A stretch of DNA of 63,414 bases, the filler included, from Trichomonas gallinae (taxonomy: Eukaryota): the NCBI GenBank assembly GCA_008369845.1. It is 7 parts of 7 records of this genome, joined end to end, with 100 filler letters (N's around TTAATTAATTAA, not from the genome) between each part and the next. Parts side by side here need not be neighbours in the genome. Positions count along the whole stretch, not along the records: positions 1 to 18,651 come from MRSU01001238.1; positions 18,752 to 33,901 come from MRSU01001257.1; 5 more parts are not named here. The stretch is one strand, 5' to 3'. Both the position numbers and the translations under genes were made by a program. Below are positions 12,401-23,404 of the stretch, piece by piece. The first letter of the stretch is position 1; the number at the start of each line of letters is the position of its first letter. The notes below the pieces were generated by a model, which was not told the DNA's origin, did not search any database, and saw only the letters and a list, made by a program, of their open reading frames with translations.

Positions 12401-12451
12401 GTCCATGGTCAAGCATATTTTCTGATCTTTTACGTGAATGCTTGAGTTCAT
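9428..12451 (-). CDS. TAF2: Transcription initiation factor TFIID subunit 2 (M1 aminopeptidase-like fold, no HExxH)
   Basis: 1007 aa; FSGYTEL, LNARQMKI, AWFPCID, DEWIQHGI, KPNDFQNLAKHFVQ...ALSVVRN and NNNGNQYSDD blocks characteristic of TAF2; zinc-binding HExxH absent. Confidence 0.88.
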   Translation of the reverse strand: MNSSIHVKDQKICLTMDPETQTFSGYTELLLERGTEFNPRVIFLNARQMKIEKVQIDKEDAVFEYFDTHEALEMKIGPNGLLIRDSSHFSRVCKDVLNSPELIIPLNRDLPVTLTIFYKVNKDSTAIVNRGDGIIYTNNELDGPSAWFPCIDGLGQRTRFTLDITYPKSLVCVGPGKDNLISTDETANTNTLRYVIPFNVQPKAIGFALGDFKQASSMNKNDQSIQYYFKRTDESFSHTVSPYPELLEEVTNHFIDQDMFNVLSSLSIVYVPTLQEMHLFPGLIFYPSNYVVSDGNSAVWIKIIPKIYESIIGQLVYFGFPFTDPVDEWIQHGIVRYFADYFCGASHRYKTSFTMERRWNEMNYLAAEDIHPSVVLAEIDPATGYPFTDEYLRVKAKLLINMVALAMNNNDSQQMLLLLLRQHFKQSLESFNGFKAKFNTMMSRFGHLINMKTFSKQWLESNGIPFFTFNFYSDVRNRVCKFVLYQTPSCKTTKIPFFTGHILVQLRDLEQPHEFQFPVETQLIQQQMKYYAHKPKKKLMKYYFVNGDMKEVRIYHSILWISVDPNHQWPMRVRPRLPEFMLHNMLDLFRDVYTEHEVLSSLEEWIENKETQDKLKELLENEDCFYGVRGHAARTLALFANVENGSNTNVATLMDWYKSQFIIAGEDKPKPNDFQNLAKHFVQLEVIKALSVVRNSQNYTPDDIVKLLIKILDENNNNGNQYSDDNFRVEAALALGRVYSDNDKLNIDIERLLVNRVRGSNTSGGFCNHLFSAFYTAITAVLLKKWMAMRNVSDNISSEDHNLTVDEMRHIIFDDSPYIECKATLFKCLLFFALINYVVTYPQLFSDIKKLAEDPKKKEVAAACLREVYRFILNTLPYSAKDKFECFLLFRPDSIKKEDVVKKMTTGEKALEVAETLWYIMTVCARNHSKLRSEALRAYTTLYGKDTPAPFFERSVNKPTEFSATPGYTKTSIKIELKKPKDPAIENSQPPRTGPEPTFELKPPASQ

Positions 12452-12459
12452 GTGAAACT

Positions 12460-12468
12460 GTCACTTTT
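12460..12468 (-). promoter_or_regulatory. AAAAGTGAC element (T. vaginalis core-promoter motif 2-like)
   Basis: Minus strand reads ATAAAAGTGACAGTTTCACATG directly into the TAF2 ATG. Confidence 0.55.
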
Positions 12469-13322
12469 ATTTGCTTTTTGACACGTAAATAATATGTTTT
12501 TGACTATTTTTCCATAATATTCTATAGTAACATCACTAATTTCTATATAAACAGGTTCTATTGCTTTTTCACATGAATATAAATTGGTTTCCCGCACATC
12601 TACTGTGATGAATGTTCATTAGTCATTTTGATATTCTATTTGCCATGTAAAATGTTTTTGATATGTAAGGAGGTTTTTTTTCTCTTCTCACATGCTCTTT
12701 AATATAATCACTGCTTTCAATGTAAGGAGGTTCAAATGTTTCATCGCTTTTTAAATAACCTGTTGTTAAATGCTTGAGTTTTAATGTGAGGTTGTTTTAT
12801 CATTTGATAGTTTTGATTTTTGACACGTAAATTCTTTATTTTTGACATTCTTTTATAATCATTACTTTCAATATAAGCTTCCATTGCTTTATCGCTTTCA
12901 AAATAACATATTGATGAATACTTATACATATGAAATTGTTTTGTTTCATCATCCACTTCTTCTTATACTATTCGTCATATTAAATATTTTTGACATGTAA
13001 TTATAAATATTTGTCAGATTTTAATTATTGTCCATTCAGAATCAGAGAATTTTGATATCTTCCTTTATTATATTACGAACAAAGTCTTTAGAACACTTAG
13101 TGGGAATTGTATTTAATAATGACAAATAAACATTAATAGTTATGATTAATTGTATTATTCACAACCAAAAAAAAAAGATTAATAAATTTAGTGGAGTAAA
13201 TATTCTAGTTATTCGTATGCATTTCAAAGTATACATATAATAATAATAATATCAACTAAAGTATTTACCGCTTATATAGATTGAATATCAAACACACCAT
13301 GGTAACGAAACAAACAAATTGA

Positions 13323-14462
13323 TCAGATAAAATCGAAATTGTTGGTTCTGCTGAGGGTCGGGATCCTTGTCGCAGATCCAGCTTTTGGAATTCCTTTCTT
13401 GACATTAACTGGCGTCAACTTCCTGAAAGTCGTTGACTTCTCCGTGTACTGGCGTGTAATGACCGGGAGTTTCGGTACCTTGTGCGTGAAGAAATCTAAG
13501 GAATAGAATTTAGATTTAGAGCGGAGAACGTAATTCTTGACTGGTGGGAATGTTGTGATCTCCATTGCTCCAGTCTCGAGGAAGACTGCGATGCCACATT
13601 TGTTATTTGTGCTGTTGCAATATTTAGAAGCAGAAAAAACTGTCATACATCTTCTCTGGAAGTGGAATTCGACGCCTTTCTCGACGCATTCGTGACCACG
13701 AACAATCATGTCAATTCCATTGCGATCTGCGAATTGAACGCATTCTTCTTCACCGAAGAAATAGCCGCATCCACGGGTAGAAGGCTGAAATCCTATGACG
13801 TATGGATTTGGATCAGACCAAAGGACTGTCTGTGAGATGTCGTCGACACAATCAACTAATGGTCTTGAAATCATTTCAATGTCATTTATTTTGTTGACTC
13901 TTGGTCCAATTCCGCCGTGAATGCATAAGTATCTCTTGTTAATAATGGCGCCAATTGGAATATCAAAGAAGGCCAGATCAAAGTATGGGGTAACATCAAA
14001 ATCTTTGTACGTATTTCTTAACTCTTCACCGAATCCTCCCAAAAGATAAAGTTGTGGGAACTCGTGGTTACCTCTGATCATGTAAACATGTTCTGGATAT
14101 AATGCCTTAAGTAAGAGGATCAATGTAGCTGTTTCGAGAGAAAACTCGCCTCTGTCAACGATATCTCCAAGGAATAAGTATTTATTTTGTGGTGGCCAGC
14201 CTGAATGCTTGAAAATTCTGAATAAGTCCATTAAATGTCCATGTAAGTCACCGACAACAATGTATTTTCCTTCAAGGCGCATCATATTATCATCTCTTTT
14301 GAAATTATCAGCAGCTGTTTCGCAAATTAATTTCAATGTTGGGATATCAACCAAAGGAAGAGCGATTTTATTCAAATCATTCTCAGCACCTGGTATTTGT
14401 CGCTTGGTGAAGCACTTATAAACATCATATAAATCTTTCATGTTCTCATGTGGATTACTCAT
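13323..14462 (-). CDS. PPP-family Ser/Thr protein phosphatase (PP1-like)
   Basis: GDLHG, GDIVDRG, RGNHE, HGG, LWSDP, RGHE and FSASKYC motifs. Confidence 0.95.
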   Translation of the reverse strand: MSNPHENMKDLYDVYKCFTKRQIPGAENDLNKIALPLVDIPTLKLICETAADNFKRDDNMMRLEGKYIVVGDLHGHLMDLFRIFKHSGWPPQNKYLFLGDIVDRGEFSLETATLILLLKALYPEHVYMIRGNHEFPQLYLLGGFGEELRNTYKDFDVTPYFDLAFFDIPIGAIINKRYLCIHGGIGPRVNKINDIEMISRPLVDCVDDISQTVLWSDPNPYVIGFQPSTRGCGYFFGEEECVQFADRNGIDMIVRGHECVEKGVEFHFQRRCMTVFSASKYCNSTNNKCGIAVFLETGAMEITTFPPVKNYVLRSKSKFYSLDFFTHKVPKLPVITRQYTEKSTTFRKLTPVNVKKGIPKAGSATRIPTLSRTNNFDFI

Positions 14463-16209
14463 TTTTTAATTTTTTTTTTTCGTCCTATCAAAAGTGTAGG
14501 AATTTATGAAAGAAAAAGTGACGTTATTTTTTTAATTGTGTAATTTCTCAATTTTATTTCATCGACAAAACAATCTATATAAAGAGATAATGCATTTGTA
14601 TACAAATGATATTTTTCTTTTTTCTGTATAAACTGACTAATAAATTGGCAAATGGTATTTTATTTTCTTTACTTTTGAGGGACAAGAAAAAATTCAGGAA
14701 TTTATTTTAGATTGGCATTGAAAATTCTTTTTAATTTTTGATTCAAAACAAGAATGAAAATATTAGCAAATATAGCATTAGATTAAGTGTCTGAGTGGCT
14801 CACCATAAAATTTGTAAACATAATAATTGAATTCTTTCTTATCCCCTACGGCTGCAATGTTACAATTTTAATTAATTAACATAGATATAGTAATCATATA
14901 CTTCATTATTTTTTTCTGAACAGATATGATATTTGTAATTGTAATGTTTATTGACGTAAATATATGGTTTTTCGAAAAAGTTTTTGTTTAGTTTCCAACG
15001 AGATTCTTTTCAAAAGATTTATTTTTAGGCTGCCTAAAAGCGCAAAAATCTGTTGATAACGTGCAACAGCTATTTATACCATTTGGTCGTGAAAATTTTT
15101 GATATGCTGCCCATTACGCGATAACAATCGAAATTTAATCGGAATTAGCTTTTGTATCATGAGATTACCTCTTATCTAGCTTATTTTCGATTTTATTTTA
15201 GAACAATTGGTTTGAAAATTTCTGATAGGTACAATATTCTCTTTATCATCAAATATCTAGTCTTATAATCTCATGGTAAGCATTGTTTTGCATTCTTGGG
15301 ACTAGTCTTGTTTTAATATTGAGATTTACAAATATTACGTATTGGTTTCATCTTAATACGGAAAAATAAGTATACTATTCTAGCCTAGCTGATATGTACG
15401 ATGAGTAGATGCTGTATCAACAGTTTGAAATGTTCAGGAACATTAAAATTTAAATCTGTAGTAAGTATAGATAACATTTACCTGGATCGGTTTTTAATGC
15501 TCCTGTTCAATGATCTATTTAATTTCTTCCTCTTCCGCATTTGTTATTGATGTAATTTGCAAAATTCAAAATGAAATAAAAATAGCCATGGAAACTGATA
15601 TACCTAATCATAATTATTTGAGTTCATGAATATCTGAAGCATTTATAGTTGTTCGATAATAAAAGCAAAGAATGAAGTTTTTTTGATAGAATGAATACTT
15701 TTATAGATTAATGGTTTAGTGTCAAGTAGCTGTACTTCTTCTAATTTGATTTAATTAGTGATATTATGGAATAATTTTTTGGTAATATATTTGATTGAGT
15801 GAATTCATATGCATTTGTTGATTGCAGAGTTGATGTATTGATCCAATATTGTTGTAGAGCTGTGAATAATTGTATAAATCAATACGAAATCTATCACAGC
15901 AATACCAGATAAAAATATAAAAAGCGTACGTTAATAAATAAAAATTGGCCGTGTCAAAAATTGACAAATAAAATTACAAAAATGACAATAATATTTGACA
16001 TTTGTCATGTAAATATTTTTTTAAAAAAAAACATTAAAATTAATAAGTTATTCGCCAACCAATTTGATATTTGTTTTCAGATTTCGAAAAAAGAGAAATT
16101 ATTAATCACTAATTTTAATTTTGCTCGAGAAGGACAAGTAATTTATTAAGTTTTGGTCAAAGGGAGAAAAACATTAATAGGATTTAAAAGACAAACAACA
16201 AAAAAATTT

Positions 16210-17532
16210 TTATTTTCTATTTGATTTATCTAACATCCATTTTGGAAGCTGTCCAACACCTAGCCTTGATGCAGCAAGCACTGATGTATTTGTCTGCTTC
16301 GCCTGCGGAACAAGCATCGAAGATGAATTTCCTCTCTTTAATGGACGAGGAACTTCACGAGCTACAGCTCCATTTGTGTTTCTTCGTGCTGAACGAATGG
16401 ATCTGGAAGGAATTGCTGTTGTATTGAGTGAATATGGCTGTGGTTTGTATTTCTTTGGAGGAGCAGGTCTGTCTAGAGAAGCAGATGAGTCTGTCAATGC
16501 TGTAGATCCAACTTCTGGACGAACAGAAGACTTCTTTGGCCTTGTTGGCTTTGGAATTAAATCTTTTGGTATTTTTACTTTTTGAGTTTTAGGGATTTCA
16601 TTGTCTTCTTCTGCTGTAGTAGACTGCTTTGGAAGAGAGCGTGGTACTTTTGAAGCGTTTAACCAATCATATTTATAATCATATTCATATCCAAGATTTT
16701 GGAACAGATTTCTGAACATCTTCTTGTATAATGCATAATTTGGAGTCTCAGCAAAACGAAGAGATTTAACAGAATTAAGATAGTTAATGAATTCTTCGGG
16801 TAAATCTTCGCAAAGTTTTTCTAAGCTTGTTTTGGCCTTAACTTGACAAATTTTTTCATATTTAGCCTTTCTATCTTTAGCATCAAGACCCATCCATGGA
16901 AGATTTCCTTTTAATAAATAAATCCAAACATATCCAAGTGATTCCATGTCATCACGTCTTGATGGTTCAACACCACGAAGTGTATTGACTGATGCATATC
17001 TTGCTGTGCCAGTTAAGCTTCTGCCTTCACTAAATGGAATATGAAGATGTGTGATCGAATCTCTGTATGATTTAGAGAGTCCAAAGTCAATAACAAATAC
17101 TTGGTTTGCTGTATTCTTTCTGCCCATGAGGAAATTGTCTGGCTTAATGTCTCTGTGAACGAAATTTTTATTATGGATATATTCAACACTTGAAATCATT
17201 TGATCTATCAGCATTAAAACAGTTTTTAGTGACATTTGGCCACCACATATATGTAGTAAATCTTCCAAAGACTTATCTAATAAATCTATCACCATAAAAT
17301 TGTTGTCATCTTCAACTCCATACCAGTAAAACTTCGGCACATTCGCACACCCTTGTAATAACATATATAATTTTGATTCGTAGCTTAATTGCGGAACTTT
17401 TGAATTGGTTGGTTCGACTTTAATCGAGACTTTTTCGTGTGATACGATGTCCTCGCCAGAATATATCTGTCCAAAACTGCCGGCGCCGATTTTTTTGATA
17501 AGTTTGTATTTCTCGCCAACAACTTTCTTCAT
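16210..17532 (-). CDS. Casein kinase 1 family kinase
   Basis: IGAGSFG, HRDIKPDNF, IDFGLSK, LTGTARYASVN and SRRDDMESLGY (CK1 signatures); basic low-complexity tail. Confidence 0.96.
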   Translation of the reverse strand: MKKVVGEKYKLIKKIGAGSFGQIYSGEDIVSHEKVSIKVEPTNSKVPQLSYESKLYMLLQGCANVPKFYWYGVEDDNNFMVIDLLDKSLEDLLHICGGQMSLKTVLMLIDQMISSVEYIHNKNFVHRDIKPDNFLMGRKNTANQVFVIDFGLSKSYRDSITHLHIPFSEGRSLTGTARYASVNTLRGVEPSRRDDMESLGYVWIYLLKGNLPWMGLDAKDRKAKYEKICQVKAKTSLEKLCEDLPEEFINYLNSVKSLRFAETPNYALYKKMFRNLFQNLGYEYDYKYDWLNASKVPRSLPKQSTTAEEDNEIPKTQKVKIPKDLIPKPTRPKKSSVRPEVGSTALTDSSASLDRPAPPKKYKPQPYSLNTTAIPSRSIRSARRNTNGAVAREVPRPLKRGNSSSMLVPQAKQTNTSVLAASRLGVGQLPKWMLDKSNRK

Positions 17533-17989
17533 TTTTTTACAATGAAAAAATTTACATTTTTTATGATTTATCTTTTTTATTTAAAACAATTCTATTTTCA
17601 ATATATAACATGAATTTCGAATTATTTTTTGATTTGTACAAATTTTGAAAATTTGCTAAAATTTTATCAAAAATCAGTCGTTTTTACTTGTTAAACCAAT
17701 ATAATTTTGGCAAAGTAATATAAATATTGCGTCATTTCAATGACCACAAAATTTTTACTACAAAATTTTAGAAATGTTTGCAGCGAAAATATTTCGATTT
17801 TGGATTTAGCAACATATATAAAAGACATAGTACACGATACTATTAAATGTATGGTATATATTATTATACTAGAAACCATCACATATCAAGTGCCCGCTAA
17901 TTTTGTAAAAACGAAGTTTGTACGTGCTAAGGTTTTCATGTAATGCTTGGGACCATTGACTTTCTTATACATATATAGCATATAAAGCA

Positions 17990-18329
17990 TTTGATCATAA
18001 TGAAATTGTCAATTGATGCGAATGCAAAAACTGATTACAATAAAACAGCTTTGATTATTGCTGCATCAAATGGCATTTATGATATAGTCAAGCATCTCAA
18101 TTCCTGGAATAGATTTAAACGCAAAAGACGAATTGAATAGAACAGCATTGATGTGTGCTTCAATGTAGAGCCATCATGAATTGTCAAACTCCTTCTCGCA
18201 ATTGCTGGAATAGATGAAAACGTAAAAGATGACAACAACCAAACAGCTTTGATTCTTGCATCTGAAAATGATCATCATGAAGTTGTCAAACTCCTTTTCT
18301 CAATTCCTGGAAATGAATTATCGGAATAA
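17990..18329 (+). pseudogene. Ankyrin-repeat gene fragment
   Basis: Manual translation gives IDANAKTDYNKTALIIAASNGIYDIVKHL and GIDENVKDDNNQTALILASENDHHEVVKLLFSIPG, separated by a frameshifted repeat containing stops. Confidence 0.8.
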
Positions 18330-18651
18330 TTTAATATTTATATTATATTTATCGCAACAAGTGTATTATCCATCTAATAATAGATAAATTCATAGACATG
18401 ACATTTTTTTAATAACAAATGAACATGATAAATTCGTAATAGAGATATAATCCAAATATGTCAATTAGCACAAGAGGTGTTAAGACCATTCTTTTATAAA
18501 TCATATAACTTCCTCTGTCAGTATGAAAAATTAGGAGTTATATTGTTCAATCATCATAAATATATTTAATTTCAAAGGGTTTCCGACTCATAACCTTATT
18601 CGAAAATTTCGCTCCCGAGTTAATTCAAGTTAATCTATTAGATTGTTTAAT

Positions 18652-18751
18652 NNNNNNNNNNNNNNNNNNNNNNNNNNNNNNNNNNNNNNNNNNNNTTAAT
18701 TAATTAANNNNNNNNNNNNNNNNNNNNNNNNNNNNNNNNNNNNNNNNNNNN
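18652..18751. other. Artificial contig linker / gap
   Basis: 44 N + TTAATTAATTAA (stops in all frames) + 44 N. Confidence 0.97.
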
Positions 18752-19302
18752 GTGATTCATATATTGGTCACAAGAATGCGGCCTTAAAGCATTTCTGTGC
18801 TCCAAAAAGACTTCAGTTCTAGGACCGTTAACGATTTTAACGTCATTTCTATCGTCATTGGTACACCTCTTAATTGGATTAATTCCAGATTCTTTTTAAT
18901 TGTGTCCTTGATTTGCAGGGTATTAAAAATATAGTAAATTTTAAAATTGTTCATTTCTATTATCCATATTTAAATTGCATTTAATTAATGCAGTATGATA
19001 AATAATGACCACATTCATGATATAAAATGATAATTCAGCAAATGTGATCCAAAATAAATGAAAATAATTTTTTGATACATTTAATTAACAATTATAATGT
19101 AGAATTCTTATTGCATTCAATAGAACTGTAGAAAGATAGCATATTTATCATTGTGAAATTGTCCAGCTTTGAAATGAAATTAAATCAATAAAAAAAGTAC
19201 GTTTATGATTAGTCTTTTTAAGCAATTTTTTATTAGCATTGTTCATACTCTTCATTTCTAAAGCCTTAAAAAAACAAATGATTTCAGTTTTTTATAAAAA
19301 AA

Positions 19303-21165
19303 ATGTCTGAGGATCAAGTAAATGAATTAAAGCGACAACTTGCAGATGCAAAGGCGAAAAACAAGATGCTGCTGCAGGAAATCACTAGACTGAAGAATAC
19401 GCAGCAAAAGAGCATAAATAAAAAATCAGATCAATCGATTTTATCAAATGTTGAAGATATTGAGAAATCTGCAAAAGAGTTTGACGATTTAGTTTACTGT
19501 AACGCGCAGCTCGTCCTCGCAAATGAAGCCCTTGCAGATACAATTGAGCAATTAAAAGAAGAGCTCGCTTTAGCTCGCCAAAACGAATTGAGTGAGTCTC
19601 CTGAGTACAAGACAGACAAATTCATAGCCAAAGTTCAAGAGCAACTCATTAATAAGAAAATGGAATGTGATAAGTTAAACGACGAAATCAAATCTCTTAA
19701 GGAACTTTTAGCTGAGCAGAATGAAAAACTCAAGAAAATTCGCTCAGCTTCGCCTGGAAGAAACTCTCCAGATAGAAATAGAACAAAATCTCTTGTCAAT
19801 TCATTAGAATTAGATAAGGAATCTACAGATTATCTTTTAGGACTTCCTGAAGCTGAATCAACAAAAGAAATTTCAAAAATCATCGCGAAAGTTATCGAAA
19901 AATCAAAATTACAGCACGAAACGTTAAATGGAATCTTATTCGAATTAAAACGAATCATGACAGACGAATCTCGCATCCCTGGTGCTCGTGATCAGTTATT
20001 TATCGACTTTGTTAACCAAAATATTAAAATTCACGGCGGAGGAGAACAAATATCACTTCTCTCCACGACAAATCTCAACAACAGATCAGTGGCCCTCGAG
20101 AAATTCGTAGACAAGGACGATCCATTGTATCAATTATTCATTGCTCAATTTTTATTCTCAATCAAGCAAATGAAGCAAAATCAGAAATATAAAGACGAAT
20201 TAGATAATATCCAGAAGTCTATGAGTAAACATGGGCTCACAGATATCAATGAAATCGATCAATTAGTTGCATCTTCATTTATAAATGCAGATGAAAACGA
20301 CAACCTTCTCGAGCAAAATGCTAAAGTCACAGAAACAAACAGGATGCTGTCCGCAGAGAATACATCACTCGCTGAACATTTGGCTGAAATTTCAAGAGAT
20401 CATTCTTCTCTTTCCATTAAACTCACAGAAAAAGACAAGCAAATCGAATCCCTCAAGAAGATGAACTCGCTGTTGAGGCAGGAAAACGAAGAAAAGCAGA
20501 ATTTGATTACAAATCTCAGATCTCGAACAGTTTCCATGCTCGATTATCCAATTGCAGTAAGACATCCGGAATCAGGATCAGACTCAATAGTCAATGAGCT
20601 AAGAATGAAAGTCTCAAAGCTTCAATCTAAAGTTAGACAACTAAAACGTCGCCAAAAGAACGAAATTTCGGAGCTTACAGGTCTATACGAGTCACAGCGT
20701 TTGTCCATGTCACAGACGGCTGAGTCTTCACTAAATCAAGCTGCTGTTGATTTGGACAACCTTCAAAAAGTCAACCAGAAAGTTAACCAAGAATTATTGA
20801 AGTCTAAAACTGAAGCTGATGAACTCCGCCGTGAAATCGAGAACCTCAAACGCGGCAAGAGCTCATTGGAGCTGCAGCTGAGTGAAGCAGAGAGGAAAGT
20901 AGCTAAGGCTATGCAGCAATCTTTAGAAAAAGATGCAAGAATTGCAAAAGAAATTGCTGAAAGACAGAGAGAAGATAAGAAACGTTCACAGGAGAGAGAA
21001 AAGACTGCAGTTTGGCCATTCTTGTGTGCAGCAAACATGGTTGCACTTGAATATGGAATCAGTGTCGATGATATTAACGATTTTGCCAAAGTCATGCAGC
21101 TCGCTAAGAAGGATATCGGCAACTTAAGGTATTTCCAGCAGAATTCAGTCCAATACACTAAGTGA
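19303..21165 (+). CDS. Coiled-coil hypothetical protein
   Basis: 620-aa ORF rich in E/K/Q/L with heptad periodicity. Confidence 0.85.
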   Translation: MSEDQVNELKRQLADAKAKNKMLLQEITRLKNTQQKSINKKSDQSILSNVEDIEKSAKEFDDLVYCNAQLVLANEALADTIEQLKEELALARQNELSESPEYKTDKFIAKVQEQLINKKMECDKLNDEIKSLKELLAEQNEKLKKIRSASPGRNSPDRNRTKSLVNSLELDKESTDYLLGLPEAESTKEISKIIAKVIEKSKLQHETLNGILFELKRIMTDESRIPGARDQLFIDFVNQNIKIHGGGEQISLLSTTNLNNRSVALEKFVDKDDPLYQLFIAQFLFSIKQMKQNQKYKDELDNIQKSMSKHGLTDINEIDQLVASSFINADENDNLLEQNAKVTETNRMLSAENTSLAEHLAEISRDHSSLSIKLTEKDKQIESLKKMNSLLRQENEEKQNLITNLRSRTVSMLDYPIAVRHPESGSDSIVNELRMKVSKLQSKVRQLKRRQKNEISELTGLYESQRLSMSQTAESSLNQAAVDLDNLQKVNQKVNQELLKSKTEADELRREIENLKRGKSSLELQLSEAERKVAKAMQQSLEKDARIAKEIAERQREDKKRSQEREKTAVWPFLCAANMVALEYGISVDDINDFAKVMQLAKKDIGNLRYFQQNSVQYTK

Positions 21166-22642
21166 AAAATAGGATAATAATTAGAAATCAGTAAGACAAT
21201 GTTTATCATGTTATATTCTCTTTTAACTTGTAAAATGTAAAATAAATCATATATTAATTTAATATTGCTTTGTATAGAGCAACGAGCATTACATTTTCTA
21301 AATTTTGATGTGATTGATATTCATCAAAAGATAAAATATGATACTTCTCCTTGAGGAACAGTGAAATCTTTAATTTTTTGAAAACTAAATATTTATATAA
21401 ATTTTGAAAAAATAATTTATTTCAAATTAATATAAAATTAAGGATTTAAGCTCTAAGTTAATATATAAATCTATTGCATTAATTATATATTTGATAGTTT
21501 AACAAAATAGGAAGATATTTAGAAAAAGTGATTATATTTCTTGAAAATTTTACTAAACGACAACATTATTCAAAGAATTCGTTAATTTTCCGATTTTTAT
21601 TTGGGAAACAATTGGAAATATGTTGGTTAAGCGATCAATAAGAAAAACTAACAATTTACCGCGTGGATTCAATTTTGAATGAAATTACGGTAAACGGTAC
21701 TTATCAATTCCACCTTCTATCAAATACAATTTACACTACATACGATAACAATTTTTGTTTCATTTGTAATTGATTTTTCAACTTGTAATAATCAATCTCG
21801 ATTCTTTTTACAATAAAAACGTTTGTAAATTCGGTGGGTTAATCACAATACAGCAATAATTGTTTTTGATTTGTTGGTTATCAACCATCGATTTCCAAAA
21901 CAATTATAATCTAAAAATGATAATTAGAATAATTTATAGATCTAAAATACATAAAAAAGAAGAAAACAGATACCATTCAAAAAATCAAAAATTAATTGTT
22001 CAAACCCCGTCATTTTTAATTCAAAAAAATTAATTTTTCAATCCGCAAACAATTTAATTTTTACATCTGTATAAATCAATAAACATTATTTAATAAAAAT
22101 TTATTTTCGGTTCAATTATAAAATTTGTCATATTACTATATAATAAATAGCAATAAATACTTTTACACTATATTTATATTTGAAAGAAAAATTATCATGT
22201 GAACAATTATTTATGATTCAAAATCCATTATCATTTAAATGATTAATAATTGCCTAATAATAATAGTTTTAAAATTATTTTATTTGCTTTCACGCCTGTG
22301 AAACGAATACAATTAATTTCAATTTCGATTGTTTTTCCCAACATTATCTATTTTTGATTGTCTTATATGCTATAACAAGATAATTTCTAGCAAATTACCC
22401 CATCAAAACTCTCTCACAATTTCGGTCATTGAAACTTGACTAATAAACCTCTCAATTTTTACTGGCATTTATCACATTATATTATATATCATAATTCTAT
22501 TCCAAAAAACCAAAAACTTATTTTTCTCTCAAATTTAGTAAATATGCTTATAATAATGTAGTCGATCAAAATATTCAATTTTTGTTCAATGACCACTAAT
22601 TCGATGAAAATTAAATTTTTCTCAAAAATCATTTTCTAATAA

Positions 22643-23086
22643 ATGCAGATCTGGATCCATACTCACGACAACAAGATACACAACCACACTTTCCACGTAA
22701 CTGACAATGTCAGCTCACTCCAGGAGACTGTTAAGTCAATGGATTCCGTCATCTTTTACAACAATCAAATTTTACTCCCATCAATGCCATTGGGCTTTTA
22801 TAACATTGCCAGCGGCTCCCATGTATATGTAGTGCCGCATATCAACAGGCCACCGAGAAAGCCAACATTTTCGCCAGCTCAAGTGGCAGATTTAAAGAAA
22901 GAAGTTGAGCGCATTAAAGATGTTATGTACTCCAAGATTGACTCCACACCGAAGTACTTTGGAAAGATCGTTAAGAGATTCAATGGAATCAAGAGACCAA
23001 ACGAGATCTCTATAGACAACATGGAATTCGCAGTTCCATCTTCCTTAGCTACTCCTTCCAACTCTGCATTACCAAAGTTTTGGTAA
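22643..23086 (+). CDS. Hypothetical protein with N-terminal ubiquitin-like domain
   Basis: MQIWIHT...IFYNNQILLPSMPLGFYNIASGSHVYVV resembles the ubiquitin LIF-G--L...L-DYNI---S-LHLV pattern; Inr TCATT at 22629-22633. Confidence 0.75.
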   Translation: MQIWIHTHDNKIHNHTFHVTDNVSSLQETVKSMDSVIFYNNQILLPSMPLGFYNIASGSHVYVVPHINRPPRKPTFSPAQVADLKKEVERIKDVMYSKIDSTPKYFGKIVKRFNGIKRPNEISIDNMEFAVPSSLATPSNSALPKFW

Positions 23087-23404
23087 GTTCATTTTAATTA
23101 ATTTTACTGAAGAAAAAAAAAAAAATTAGTTCTTCAGCCTTCCTTATATTGCATAGAGAATTAATATTATACTATTGTTTTTATATTTTAAACCTTTTCT
23201 ATCCCTTCTATCCATTTAAAACATATCCGACAATTTTTGTTATTTTCTTGTCTACAATATTAAATCGAATAAATATCATAAACACATTAATTACCACCAG
23301 TAGATTAATAAAAAGCATCCGCTTGTACTATAAACAGAAAGAATTCTGGTAATTAATATAACTCTTATCCAAAATAATATAAAATAAACAGAGAAATATA
23401 TAGT

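Noticed and set aside
12741..12956. 71-aa ORF upstream of TAF2
   Set aside because: GTG start, no motif; at most a gene relic
15005..15039. Adjacent palindromes TCTTTT-C-AAAAGA and TTTTAGGC-T-GCCTAAAA
   Set aside because: Short, AT-rich and single-copy; compatible with chance
20763..21209. 148-aa minus-strand ORF
   Set aside because: Antisense shadow of the coiled-coil gene
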